Shown here piece by piece: positions 27,692 through 40,744 of a stretch of 64,000 nt of DNA. The notes beneath the pieces were generated by a model, which was given only the letters and a program-made list of their open reading frames with translations, did not search any database and was not told the origin of the DNA. The translations under genes were made by a program, and so were the position numbers. The stretch spans positions 14,384,001-14,448,000 of the forward strand of contig NC_043000.1 in assembly GCF_006345805.1 (NCBI RefSeq), in the 5' to 3' direction. How positions within the stretch are numbered: the stretch's first letter is position 1; every line of letters begins with the position of its first letter. This stretch comes from Octopus sinensis (taxonomy: Eukaryota).

Positions 27692-28339
27692 TCCTTTTCC
27701 ATGTAAGTTTCATCTTAATAATTGCGATGCGCATTCTTCTTTACTATCTCTTCTCTGTCTATCTCTCTCCCTCTCTTGTTCTTCATCCTTTCTGGTTTTC
27801 TCTCTCACCCTTCCCTATTCTCCTCCTCTCCCCTTCACCGTTCCCTCTCTCTCACCCCTCTTCCTCGACTCTCTCGTCGCTGACAGGTGATCAGAGGGAA
27901 GCCATCTTTCCGACTACTACCTTCACAAAGACTAAACGGCTTATTCTGTCTCTTCATAAGCTCGGCTTCTTAAACGTTCAGAATAATTTTTCCATCGTCT
28001 TGGCTTAACAGCCCTTATCGTTTGTTTTTACTGTTTTGTTCTCACTGTCCTGTTCTTGTTACCATTTTCACCCTCCGCAAAAGATCCCAAATGTTATTTA
28101 ATTTGCTTTGCGGGAAGGACTGTTTCAACGAAGTCGCGTCTTGTCCCTACATTCGAAAAGGCGTAGTAGATGAAACGAGGACAACTGAAGAAGGGGAATA
28201 TTCTTTATGTTGGATGTCTCGTTTCTCTGTTTTTTCCCATTGTTTGAAAAAAAATGTTCGTTTCATTGTGTTCAACGTTTTTTTGATGTCCCGTACCCAT
28301 ATATGCATAAATATGTAGGTATGTACATATATGTATGTA

Positions 28340-28488
28340 TGACGAGCTTCTTTTATTTTCTGTCTACCAAATCCACTCACAAGGATTTAGCCGGCCTGAG
28401 GCTTAAAGTGGAAGACACTTGCCCAAGGTGCTATGCAGTGGGACTGAAACCGGAACCATGTGGTTGAGAACTTCTTACCACACAGCTT
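28340..28488 (-). mobile_element. SINE-C 5' half
   Basis: tctaccaaatccactcacaagg…gacacttgcccaaggtg…cttaccacacagc. Confidence 0.85.
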
Positions 28489-28621
28489 GTATAATTATAA
28501 TTAGAACATATTTTCAAAAACGGTTCTCTTCATTGAAGTTAGTGTATGATCAGGATGTGGTGCTATCAAACACAAAAACCTGACTGATGATGCGCCGACG
28601 TCCTATCCTTACTATTTGCTT

Positions 28622-29036
28622 CAGGGCCGGATGTATTTATGAGCTAATATATACTTTTGAGCCCCGAGCGTTGGAGACCCCTTGAACTCATAGAAGTTTA
28701 AAGTTAGGAGTTAAAAAATTAAAAAATATTTACAGCAAGCAAATAAATAATTTGTAATTTTTTTTTATTTGTTTATTCAGTAGAGTTCTTTGAAAATTAT
28801 TTCATTTATTGGGCTTTTTTAGACTTAAAAAGCCATTGAATTTAACCGAGTCCTTCTGAATCTAGCGAAGCCCTTTGAAGTTTTCGAGCACTCTTCAAAT
28901 TATTTGGGGATCCTAGATTTAATGGACTCTCTTTATTATCTTATTATGTTTTGAATTAGCACAATCGTAAGACCCTTAGAATCTATTGGACCAGGAGACC
29001 CCCCCCCACGTGCCACTAAGTCTAAATCAAGCCCTG
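28622..29036. mobile_element. hAT-type MITE, old
   Basis: Ends cagggccggat / aaatcaagccctg; 8-bp flanks atttgctt / acttgttc match 5/8. Confidence 0.55.
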
Positions 29037-29454
29037 ACTTGTTCGCTTTGGCATCAAAATTTATCAATATAACTTGGTTAATAAATACTTTTTTTTTAAT
29101 GAGAACAACTTATATAAACGTGCTGTTTTATTATTTCAACATATATTTTCAACTCTTTTATAAACAAAATTCTTACATATTATAATTCTTATATGACAAG
29201 CAAATCATAGAAGGCGGTACGGTAACAGAATCTTTTGACTGGCGGTAAAAAAATACGGTGTTTCTTCCGGCTCTTCATGCTCTGGGTTCAAATTCTACCG
29301 ATGTCAGCTTTACAATTCATCTCCCGAAGGCCACCTTTACTATTCATTAAGTACAGGTCAAGTAGAGTGAAATAAAAAAAAAAAAGAACACGACAAATGC
29401 CTAATGATCAGAAAAATATAAAGGTAAATAATAAAATAAGTTTGTCAAATAAGT

Positions 29455-29864
29455 TTATTTCTTTATTGCTCACAAGGGGCTAAACATAGAGGGGACAAAC
29501 AAGGACAGACAAAGGGTTTAAGTCGATTATATCGACCCCACTGCGTAACTGGTACTTAATTTATTCGATCCCGAAAGGATGAAAGGCAAAGTCGACCTCG
29601 GCGGAATTTGAACTCAGAACGTAGCGGCAGACGAAATACCTATTTCTTTATTACCCACAAGGGGCTAAACACAGAGGGGACAACAAAGACAGAACATAGG
29701 ATTAAGTCGATTACATCGACCTCAGTGCGTAATGGTACTTATTATCGACCCCGAAAGGATGAAGGCAAGTCGACCTCGGCGGAATTGAACTCACAACGTA
29801 ACGGCAGACGAAATACGGCTAAGCATTTCGCCCGGCGTGCTAACGTTTCTGCCAGCTCGCCGCC
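29455..29864 (-). mobile_element. SINE-B with tandemly duplicated body (dimer)
   Basis: One head, two B-box+body+tail units. Confidence 0.92.
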
Positions 29865-30902
29865 GGCGTCGAAGAAAGATATGGATACAAAGATAGACCT
29901 AATTTTCAAAAAAAAGTTAGGTGATTAATAGAATATATAAATAAATATTTTTTATTATCATATGGCATTTGGTATATTACTTTTTTTCCGAGGTCTTTCA
30001 TTTTTTTCTTTTGTTTTACTTTACCGTATTTTCAACCGAGACGTTACAACCATATCTGTTCAAGTGCTTCAATTCTGCTTATGTACATACATTTCCTCGA
30101 TTGCTGACATTTATCAATGTTTTCTCCTATTGTTTTGACGCGCCATTTTTTTTCATTAATAAAATTGTCGGCACCTTTGACGACACGGGTATGCTAGTAT
30201 ATATGTAATCCAGTACTTGTTTTTTTAATGGTTATTGAACTACGTCTACGCCCTCAGCGGTTTAATCGATCATGTTGACCTTGGTATTATTTCATTTTCA
30301 TATATATTTTACGTCAACTAGTTGTCGAGCCACTAAGATACAGTACATAAATGACCACGACGTAAACAACAGCTGGTTTGGATTCACATGCACACAGAAT
30401 TGTATACTACGACAGCTTCTACCTACTTTCCGTATTACCAATAGGTGCTGGTCGACCTGGGGCTAAATAAAAGACAATTATTCAATGTGCAGTGCATTGG
30501 GAATTCAAAATCACCAAATTCCACACTCAAAAGTATCGGACTACCCACGGTAATAGAAGATATTTTCTTAAGGTGTTGCAGAACAGAGACGAACAAGAGA
30601 AGAGAACTTCTTAACCATGCAACTATTCCTGCACTTACAGAAATAACTCTACAACCTCTGCTACCACCACTACAACCTCTGCTGTTGCTGCTGCTGCTAC
30701 TACTACTACTACTCTTTACATTTGCGTCTTAAGAAGAAAAAAAGGATAGATGCATTTGGTAATGTTGTTCAAGTTGTGGAATTGTGTCGATGGTCATAAC
30801 TGGAATGTCTTTGATTATAGGTCTGTTCAGCTAAGACTGGTCCGGGGCTAAACAACTACTACTAATTTGTTTCCGTATTTTAAAATACATGCATACACTC
30901 AT

Positions 30903-30945
<43 letters not shown>

Positions 30946-31164
30946 TATATATATATATATGTGTGTGTGTGTGTTGTGTGTGTGTGTGGTGTGTGTATGT
31001 GTTAAATCCTCCTTTCTTTCCTTTCCTGACCATCCAATAATACTATACTTGTTCCACGTCCTCGCGTTGTTGTGTTTTCTCTTTGTGTTTTCATGTTTGG
31101 ATTAACTATATATATAGGGAAAATGTCAAGATAGAAAATGCTATAATAATCTTATAAAAAACAT

Positions 31165-31204
31165 TTCAGTACCGGTTTCAGTCATTGAGACTTTTTCAAC
31201 TAAA
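31165..31204 (-). ncRNA. Minimal type I hammerhead with compensatory U3-A8 core
   Basis: UUUAG-UUGAAAA-AGUC(UCAAU)GACU-GAAA-CCGGU-A-CUGAA; palindromic ACCGGU stem III. Confidence 0.72.
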
Positions 31205-31250
31205 CTTTTCTTTCTATATATATTAACTCGTGTGTTACTTTCAACCTTCT

Positions 31251-31364
<114 letters not shown>

Positions 31365-31384
31365 ATATATATATATAATATATA

Positions 31385-31423
<39 letters not shown>

Positions 31424-31476
31424 GCACAGTAGTCTACCAGATTTATACCCGAATCTTAATTAAGGAGTGGCTAATA

Positions 31477-31653
31477 GGCGCAGGAGTGGCTCTGTGGTAA
31501 GTAGCTTGCTTATGAACCACATGGCTCCGGGTTCAGTCCCACTGCGTGGCACCTTGGGCAAGTGTCTTCTACTATAGCCTCGGGCCGACCAAACCCTTGT
31601 GAGTGGATTTGGTAGACGGAAACTGAAAGAAGCCCGTCGTATATATATATATG

Positions 31654-31733
<80 letters not shown>

Positions 31734-31960
31734 TGTGTCTGTGTCTGTGTGTGTATGTTTGTGTGTTTGTGTGTGTACCCCCAACATCGCTTGACAACCG
31801 ATGGAGGTGTGTTTGCGTTCCCGTAACTTAGCGGTTCGGTGAAAGAGACCAATAGAATAAGCACAAGGCTTACAAAGAATAAGTCCTGGGGTCGATTTGC
31901 TCGACTAAAGGCGGTGCTCCGGCATGGCCGCTGTCAAATGACTGAAACAAGTAAAAGAAT
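31477..31960 (+). mobile_element. SINE-C, full length
   Basis: Head, CORE-like domain, (TA)(TG) spacer, tail. Confidence 0.93.
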
Positions 31961-32174
31961 AACTACATACATACATACATACATACATACATACATACAT
32001 ACATACATACTTACATACATATATATATACATACATACAATACGTACATACATACACATACACACAGACGCGCACGCACGCACGTATGCATGCACGCTCG
32101 CAACCATGCACGCAGCGCGCGCAGGCACGCATGCACGCATACTTACATACATACATACATATATATATATACAT

Positions 32175-32425
32175 AGTATTTGAGAGTGGAGATAGCTTTC
32201 GCTACTAGCTGGTGATTGACTCACATTGAGGACGGATAACATCCAGAAACCTATGTCTGTGAGTATCACGTAAGGCTAGAGATGGGAGCGATGACCTCCC
32301 CTGCAAATGCTATATGCGGACACAGATTCTGTGTCGTTAGCCAGGTGGAAAAGAGGTTTTCCTGTGGCTAAAACAACAGTAACATCGTCCTTTACAGGAC
32401 TGGCACGTTATGTTGGCATATAAAC

Positions 32426-32430
<5 letters not shown>
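32175..32430 (+). mobile_element. ~255-bp structured non-coding element between microsatellites, retrozyme-like
   Basis: Hammerhead plus hairpins gacacag/ctgtgtc, ttagcca/tggctaa, ggaaaa/ttttcc. Confidence 0.55.
32219..32264 (+). ncRNA. Type I hammerhead, C3U variant
   Basis: ACUCACA-UUGAGGA-C-GGAU(AAC)AUCC-A-GAAA-C(CUAU)G-UC-UGUGAGU; perfect 7-bp stem I, GUC site. Confidence 0.8.
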
Positions 32431-32464
<34 letters not shown>

Positions 32465-32467
<3 letters not shown>

Positions 32468-32885
32468 TATTTCTTTATTGCCCACAAAGAGCTACACACA
32501 GAGGGAACAAACAACGACAGACAAACGGATTAAGTCGATTATATACCGACCCAAGTGCGTAATTGGTACTTATTTAATCGATCCCGAAAGGATGAAAGGC
32601 AAAGTTGACCTCGGCGGAATTTGAACTCACAACGTAGCGTCAGACGAAATATCTATTTCTTTACTACCCACAAGGGGCTAAACACAGAGAGGACAAACAA
32701 GGACAGACAAACGGATTAAGTTGATTATATCGACCCCAGTGCGTAACTGGTACTTATTTAATCGACCCCGAAAAGATGAAAGACAAAGTCAACCTCGGCG
32801 GAACTTGAACTCAGAACGCAACGGCAGCCGAAATACGGCTACGCATTTCGCCCGGCGTGCTAACGTTTCTGCCACCTCGCCGCCT
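32465..32885 (-). mobile_element. SINE-B dimer
   Basis: Same architecture as 29455-29864. Confidence 0.92.
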
Positions 32886-32962
32886 TAAACAGTATTATAT
32901 ATGTGTGTGTGTGTTCCTATATGTTTGAACATATGTACGTAAGTATATAAATACACACATAC

Positions 32963-32993
<31 letters not shown>

Positions 32994-33489
32994 TGTATGT
33001 ATGCATGCATGCATGCATGTATGTATGTATGTATGTATGTATGTATGTATGTATGTATGTATGCATGTATGTATGTATGTATGTATGTATGTATGTATGT
33101 ATGTATGCATGCATTTATTTATTTATCTTTCTATTTCGTTCGTTCAGTTCCTAATTGCAACAAATTAAGAGACTTTCAAAACTTGCCGTCAGATGATGTG
33201 ATGGCTGATGCCGTTGTTGGCAATATTTTTAATGCGATTAAACTCGCGATTCAACTTTCGACTTTGTAATCCCAGGAACGGAGAAGTCTGGCGCCAATGT
33301 TTTCGAAACAGTAAGAAATCAATTCCACGAGACTAGAAGCAAGTTTTTTTAGAAGTGTAGAGGGACAGGGTTAGAGAACTGTCTCTGTGAGTGAGTGAGA
33401 AAGAACTAGGTTTTGGGGTCTGGTGGTATGGTGGAACCATTAAAAAGTCATTTTTTCCTGTTTTTTTTTTTCTTTTTCTTTTTCTGCTT

Positions 33490-33522
<33 letters not shown>

Positions 33523-33653
33523 CATCATTTTGATTAAATGTTAAGAATGGTAATGCAGAAATGCTTTACGTAGAAATATCTTGCTATCAATGCAATAGAG
33601 TGCATTATTATTTTTTTTTTTTTGAAGTTTCTAGGTATTCAAATTTGGGACAG

Positions 33654-33694
<41 letters not shown>

Positions 33695-34014
33695 GCACAT
33701 ACACACACACACGCACATACACACACACGCACATACACACACAAAGAAGCATTATATTAATGAACCGAACCATTTAAAGATATACACATCCGCACATATT
33801 CCGATAGCCCTGCACGTACACATACAAATGAGAGATTGTGCAAACAAACACGGAAGAAGAACAGTGAAGTCACTTCGTATGAATCGAACGCACACTTAAA
33901 TCCCACGCTTAAATTCCGAACGTGTTACCAGCATGTTAATGATTGGTAACATAGTGCCAACGCTATGACTGCACGAAAGCATACGTCTATGGATGTGTAT
34001 ATATGTGTGTGTGG

Positions 34015-34396
34015 GGAGGCGCAATGGCCCAGTGGTTAGGGCAGCGGACTCGCGGTCATAGGATCACGGTTTCGATTCCCAGACCGGGCGTTGTGAGTGT
34101 TTATTGAGCCAAAACACCTAAAGCTCCACGAGGCTCCGGCAGGGGATGGTGGTGATCCCTGCTGTACTCTTTCACCACAACTTTCTCTCACTCTTACTTC
34201 CTGTTTCTGTTGTACCTGTATTTCAAAGGGCCGGCCTTGTCACTCTCTGTGTCACGCTGAATATCCCCGAGAACTACGTTAAGGGTACACGTGTCTGTGG
34301 AGTGCTCAGCCACTTACACGTTAATTTCACGAGCAGGCTGTTCCGTTGATTCGGATCAACCGGAACCCTCGTCGTCGTAACCGACGGAGTGCTTCC
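34015..34396 (+). mobile_element. SINE-A, full length
   Basis: 13-bp TSD atatgtgtgtgtg (34001-34013 / 34397-34409). Confidence 0.96.
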
Positions 34397-34412
34397 ATAT
34401 GTGTGTGTGAAA

Positions 34413-35115
34413 AGGCAGCGAGCTGGCAGAAACGTTAGCACGCCGGGTGAAATGGTTAGAGGTATTTCGTCTGCCGCTACGTCCTGAGTTCAAATTTCGC
34501 CGAGGTCGACTTTGCCTTTCATCCTTTCGGGGTCGATAAATTCAAGTACCAGTTACGCATTGGAGTCGATGTAATCGACTTAATCCGTTTGTCTGTTCTT
34601 GTTTGTCCTCTCTGTGTTTAGCCCCTTGTGGGTAGTAAAGAAATAGGTAGTTCGTCTGCCGCCACGTTCTGAGTTCAAATTCCGCCGAGGTCGACTTTGC
34701 CTTACATCCTTTCGGGATCGATTAAATAAGTACCAGTTACGCACCAGTGCCTTGTGGGTAGTAAATAAATAGGTATTTCGTCTGCCGCTACGTTCTGAGT
34801 TCAAATTCCGCCGAGGTTGACATTGCCTTTCATCCTTTCGGGGTCGATTAAATAAGTACCAGTTACGCAATGGGGTTGATGCAATCGACTTAATCCGTTT
34901 GTCTGTCCTTGTTTGTCCCCTCTGTGTGTAGCCCTTTGTGGGCAGTAAAGAAATAGGTATTTCGTCTGTCTTTACGTTCTGTGTTCAAATTCCGCCGAAG
35001 TCGACTTTGCTTTCATCCTTTCAGGGTCGATAAATTAAGTACTAGTTGCGTACTGCGGTCGATCTCATCGACTAGCCTCCTCCTCAAAAATTTCGGGCTC
35101 CGTGCTTAGAGTAGA
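34413..35115 (+). mobile_element. SINE-B tetramer
   Basis: One head; body units start at 34461, 34646, 34772, 34956; last unit has an alternative tail. Confidence 0.92.
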
Positions 35116-35119
35116 AAAG

Positions 35120-35297
35120 TATATGTGGTTAGGGTATTCGGCTCATGAATTTAAAGGTTGTGAGTTCGATTCCCAGCGGCGGGTTTATTCCTTGAACAAA
35201 ACACTTTATTTTACGTTGCTCCAGTCCATTCGGCTGGCAAAAGTATGTAATATCTGTATTTCAAAGAGACAGCCTTGTCACGTTCTGTGTCACGCTG
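35120..35297 (+). mobile_element. Older SINE-A-related copy, 3'-truncated
   Basis: tRNA-like head, CORE-like block, tgtatttcaaag…tgtgtcacgctg. Confidence 0.7.
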
Positions 35298-35299
35298 CT

Positions 35300-35540
35300 C
35301 GTCAGGCTGAGAAAGGCAAACTGTCAAAGTATCGGTCGCTCTCCGACACGTTTACGATCGAGCCTGTGGCAGTGAAGACCTCCGGTGTCCTCGGCCCTCG
35401 GACCATATACCTGGTGACCGCTATTTAGGCGATGGTTATCCACAAGTGTAAACCCATTTAAGACAGAATGGCAATTCCAGCGCATCTCAGACGCCATCCT
35501 CCGAGGTAACACCTCTTCCAATTTGCCTGCTGAGACAATG
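35300..35540 (+). pseudogene. Restriction-like endonuclease end of a CRE-like non-LTR retrotransposon
   Basis: AEKGKLSKYRSL…EPVAVKTSGVLGP…QFQRISDAILRGN. Confidence 0.7.
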
Positions 35541-35895
35541 AGGCTGTGTGATATACCTCTTAATATTTCTTTGCTGTAAGGAAGAGAAGTAAAATAGCTT
35601 GTGAACGAACAAAACATTTACATGGCTACCTTTAGTTACGTTATGCTATTCATTTGTTATACTTATTATAGATAAGACTATTTGTTGTACGTATTATAAA
35701 TAAGACTATCTGTTAATACGAGTGTTTGTGTATGTCGAAGTATTAAAAATATGAAGACGACAGCAAAAATCGTCCGTCGTATTTACAAGGGAAACCAGTC
35801 TGTTATGACGTCAAAATACAAATGTATCGAAATTTTCAAACGAAATATTTAAACCAAAATATTTATCAAATCTGCCACTTGTGTTTATTATTCTA

Positions 35896-36262
35896 CTAGC
35901 AGTATCGTCCGGCGTTGCTCGGATTTATTTCGACCCTTTAGAATTGGAATTTTTGAAAAGTAAAAATTTTGCATTATGTAGATTGTTATTCTCTTTAAGT
36001 GAACATTTTTCTGGTTGAAATACACCGAAAAATGGCGACACAGCAACAAAAAAAATCGTTAAAAAATAGAGATTTTCATAGAAAAAAAGCACCTTTTTGA
36101 TGTAAATAATTTTTGGTGTTAATATGGTCCGATTTGAATAGCCTTCTTCTATCATACTCTCAATTTTGGTTAACTTGCGCCTCAGGGTCTCGGAGGAGAT
36201 AGTGTTAGTTGAAGGCTAACAAACCTGCCACACACAGACAACTTCAGCTTTATATAGAGAGA
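35896..36262 (-). mobile_element. Non-autonomous Helitron-like element
   Basis: a^ctag plus hairpin tccggcgttgctcgga at the left; ga^t (minus-strand TC) at the right. Confidence 0.75.
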
Positions 36263-36460
36263 GATATAGAAAAACTATAACAGAAAATACGTTATAAAAC
36301 AATGTAGACAGATTGTGCCATTAATATCACAACGCATTCGGACTTTAAGTGTGGAATTGTATACTTGATCTCGAGAAGAGATTTCGCTGTGTTTGTTCTT
36401 TGCTGTTTGCACAATCTCTCATTTAATTTGTATAAATGTGAACATGGTGTACACACACAC

Positions 36461-36499
<39 letters not shown>

Positions 36500-36635
36500 G
36501 ACACACACACATGTGCATCAAGTAGGTATCCTTTCTTTTCTTATTTCTTTTATCTTGCTTCTTATTCTAATCTCTCATTCTGCCCATCTGTCAGTCTCTT
36601 ATTCCCCTCATTCCATTTGTGCTATTTCAACTATA

Positions 36636-36667
<32 letters not shown>

Positions 36668-36983
36668 GTCTGGGGGGAGGGGAGTCTTAATTTTCCCGAA
36701 TTTAAATTCCTACATGTGCCCGAAGAAAAGAAAAGAAAATATCTTCACAATCCCCTTTAATTTTACTATACCCACTTTCCCCTTCTCTAAGCTTGAACCC
36801 GAGAGCAACCTTGTTTCGTCTTGCAAAGTTTGTTATGGAGGCCCTATATATGCTTTTTCCTTACCTGAAGAGTGGTCTTGAAAATTACGGATGCACAGAG
36901 GTAACAATAATAAAGTTACTTATACACCAGTTTTCCTATCCCGTTCTCAGCCCCCTCTCCCGATGTAAAAGAGAAGAGAGAGA

Positions 36984-37025
<42 letters not shown>

Positions 37026-37132
37026 GGGCGTGCAAGAGTGAGTCATCTAATTTTATTTTTATTATTTTTTTTCCTTCACATATTTCTTTATGAATTATAT
37101 ATAGTTTGCTCGGAACATTAACGTTCCTTGGT

Positions 37133-37175
37133 CTATCTACGTTTATTGACCATCACGTTCTCATCTTCAGGATAA
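37133..37175 (-). ncRNA. Degenerate minimal hammerhead (G12 lost)
   Basis: UUAUC-CUGAAGA-UGA…UCA-AUAAA-CGU-A-GAUAG. Confidence 0.4.
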
Positions 37176-37339
37176 ATTTGTTGTTATTAACTTCAAGACT
37201 GTCCTTAACATACAGATTACTAGCAACATTTTGATCATTCACAAACAGCTAGTATTTCTTTTGCTTTTGTTATGAGAATAGACAATGCAGAACTTTATCA
37301 ATGCATTCCTCCTTTTTCAAGATGAATCTTAAATCTTTT

Positions 37340-37745
37340 ATCTTTTACTTGTTACAGTCATAGGCCTGTGACCATGCTGGAGTACCGCCTTGATGGTCTT
37401 GGTCGAAACAAATCGATCTCAGTATTTTTTAAATTTCAAGTCTGATACTTACTCTTTCAGTCTCTTTTGCAGAACTGTTGGGTTACAGGGATGTAAGCAA
37501 ACCAACACCGGTTGTCAAGCGGTGGGGTGGGGGCTCAAACATAGAACAAAGACACACGGCCACGTACATAAATATACCACAGACTTCCACATAGTTTCTG
37601 GTTACCAGATTCACTTACAAGGCATTTGTCGTCTCGGAACTATAACAAAAAGAAAAAAAAACACATTTGTTCAAGGTGCTGCAGAGTGGGACTGAACCTG
37701 AGACCAAGTGCCTACAAAGTGAGTTCCTTAACCGCAGAGCCACGT
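37340..37745 (-). mobile_element. SINE-C, diverged
   Basis: Tail and head recognisable with many substitutions. Confidence 0.75.
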
Positions 37746-38274
37746 GTTTGTATTGAGGGGAAAATAGCCGCTATTTCAGGCAGTTTGGTCAACTGCAATG
37801 CAGCACCCTCCTAGGTTGTACTGGCGGGTATAGTTTTGAGTTGATGTATGTCCCCATCATTTATTGGTGTCTCTCTTTCGGCCATTTTATCGTATGCCAG
37901 AAGCCAGGCTTTTGTTTAATGGGAGCATTACCACCGGATTTAAACTATTCATTTCTGATTCTAGGTTCCTATCAGCAGCCAAGGAGTGGGGTTTGTTTGG
38001 TTAGTTAACGTAAATTTGTTGATTTTAACATTATACCGGTTGTTATTCCATGATTATATAAATATCGGGTTGCCAGATAAATTCGTTCATTTTGCCCCCG
38101 CTTATTTTAATCCTTTCCGTTGTTATTTGAATTAACACGAAAAATATTTTTATTGTTGTGTAATATGTTGCTTTTCCTTTGTAGCTTTATTCTTCCTCGA
38201 CAACTTTTGTTTATCATTTTCGCAATTTGAATAAATTTTACCTATTTTCAGACATATGACGATGAGTTTGGATT

Positions 38275-40744
38275 GAAGCACTCCGTCGGTTACGACGACG
38301 AGGGTTCCGGTTGATCCGAATCAACGGAACAGCCTGCTCGTGAAATTAACGTGTAAGTGGCTGAGCACTCCACAGACACGTGTACCCTTAACGTAGTTCT
38401 CGGGGACATTCAGCGTGACACAGAGAGTGACAAGGCCGGCCCTTTGAAATACAGGTACAACAGAAACAGGAAGTAAGAGAAAGTTGTGGCGAAAGAGTAC
38501 AGCAGGGATCACAACCATCCCCTGCCGGAGCCTCGAGGAGCTTTAGGTGTTTTCGCTCAATAAACACTCACAACGCCCGGTCTGGGAATCGAAACCACGA
38601 TCCTATGACCGCGAGTCCGCTGCCCTAACCACTGGGCCATTGCGCCTCCACTGTTTCTCTTACACATGTTTATTGAAAATATGACAACGTTCTAGTTTTA
38701 GGATGTACAACGGCGATTATGTAACTTCACACTTTCTCCGCTAATACCTTCTAGTTTTAATATCGGTTTCAGATTTTGGCACAATGCTAGCAATTTCAGG
38801 GAGGAAGAAAATCGATTACATCAACCCCAGCGCACAACTGATACTTATTTTATCGAGGCCCGAAAGGGGATCGATAGGAATGAAAAGATTGAAGGCAAAA
38901 TTAAGCCCGGCGGAATTTGAACTCAGAACGTAAAGACGAAATGTTATGCCGCTAAGCATTTTGCGCAGCTTGTTAACGATTCTTATTTCTTTACGACCCA
39001 CAAGGGGCTACACACAGAGGGGACAAACAAGGACAGACAAACGGATTAAGTCGATTACATCGACCACAGTGCGTAACTGGTGCTTAATTTATCGACCCCG
39101 AAAGGCTGAAAGGCAAAGTCGACCTCAGCGGAATTTGAATTCAGAACGTAACGGCAGACGAAATATGGCTAAGCATTTCGCCCGGCGTGCTAACGTTTCT
39201 GCCAGCTCGCCACCTGATTTTAATATCAGCTTCTAAATTGAGAAGAGTTCAGTGAATTATCACTGGGGAGGCTGGGTTGGGTTACGAGTCAAAAGGCAAA
39301 GGGATTCATTAATATATTTGGAAGCACTCCGTCGGTTACGACGACGAGGGTTCCGGTTGATCCGAATCAACGGAACAGCCTGCTCGTGAAATGAACGTGT
39401 AAGTGGCTGAGCACTCCACAGACACGTGTACCCTTAACGTAGTTCTCGGGGATATTCAGCGTGACACAGAGAGTGACAAGGCCGGCCCTTTGAAATACAG
39501 GTACAACAGAAACAGGAAGTAAGAGAAAGTTGTGGCGAAAGAGTACAGCAGGGATCACAACCATCCCCTGCCGGAGCCTCGAGGAGCTTTAGGTGTTTTC
39601 GCTCAATAAACACTCACAACGCCCGGTCTGGGAATCGAAACCACGATCCTATGACCGCGAGTCCGCTGCCCTAACCACTGGGCCATTGCGCCTCCACTGT
39701 TTCTCTTACACATGTTTATTGAAAATATGACAACGTTCTAGTTTTAGGATGTACAACGGCGATTATGTAACTTCACACTTTCTCCGCTAATACCTTCTAG
39801 TTTTAATATCGGTTTCAGATTTTGGCACAATGCTAGCAATTTCAGGGAGGAAGAAAATCGATTCCATCAACCCAGCCCCCAGCGCACAACTGATACTTAT
39901 TTTATCGAGGCCCGAAAGGGGATCGATAGGAATGAAAAGATTGAAGGCAAAATTAAGCCCGGCGGAATTTGAACTCAGAACGTAAAGACGAAATGTTATG
40001 CCGCTAAGCATTTTGCGCAGCTTGTTAACGATTCTTATTTCTTTACGACCCACAAGGGGCTACACACAGAGGGGACAAACAAGGACAGACAAACGGATTA
40101 AGTCGATTACATCGACCACAGTGCGTAACTGGTGCTTAATTTATCGACCCCGAAAGGCTGAAAGGCAAAGTCGACCTCAGCGGAATTTGAATTCAGAACG
40201 TAACGGCAGACGAAATATGGCTAAGCATTTCGCCCGCGTGCTAACGTTTCTGCCAGCTCGCCACCTGATTTTAATATCAGCTTCTAATTGAGAAGAGTTC
40301 AGTGAATTATCACTGGGGAGGCTGGGTTGGGTTACGAGTCAAAAGGCAAAGGGATTCATTAATATATTTGGAAGCACTCCGTCGGTTACGACGACGAGGG
40401 TTCCGGTTGATCCGAATCAACGGAACAGCCTGCTCGTGAATGAACGTGTAAGTGGCTGAGCACTCCACAGACACGTGTACCCTTAACGTAGTTCTCGGGG
40501 ATATTCAGCGTGACACAGAGAGTGACAAGGCCGGCCCTTTGAAATACAGGTACACAACAAACAGGAAGTAAGAGTGAGAGAAAGTTGTGGTGAAAGAGTA
40601 CAGTAGGGATCACCACCATCCCCTGCTGGAGCCTTGTGGAGCTTTTAGGTGTTTTCGCTCAATAAACACTCACAACGCCCGGTCTGGGAATCGAAACCGC
40701 GATCCTATGACCGCGAGTCCGCTGCCCCAACTCATTACGCCTCC
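38275..40744. repeat. ~1.05-kb tandem duplication bounded by three minus-strand SINE-A copies (38275-38649, 39320-39695, 40370-40744), with SINE-B copies in each spacer
   Basis: Spacers 38650-39319 and 39696-40369 are near-identical. Confidence 0.95.

Noticed and set aside
36855-36990. Minus-strand host exon ending in CAG|GTAAGG
   Set aside because: Donor-like site only; the upstream pyrimidine tract ends in CAT, not AG; no recognisable peptide
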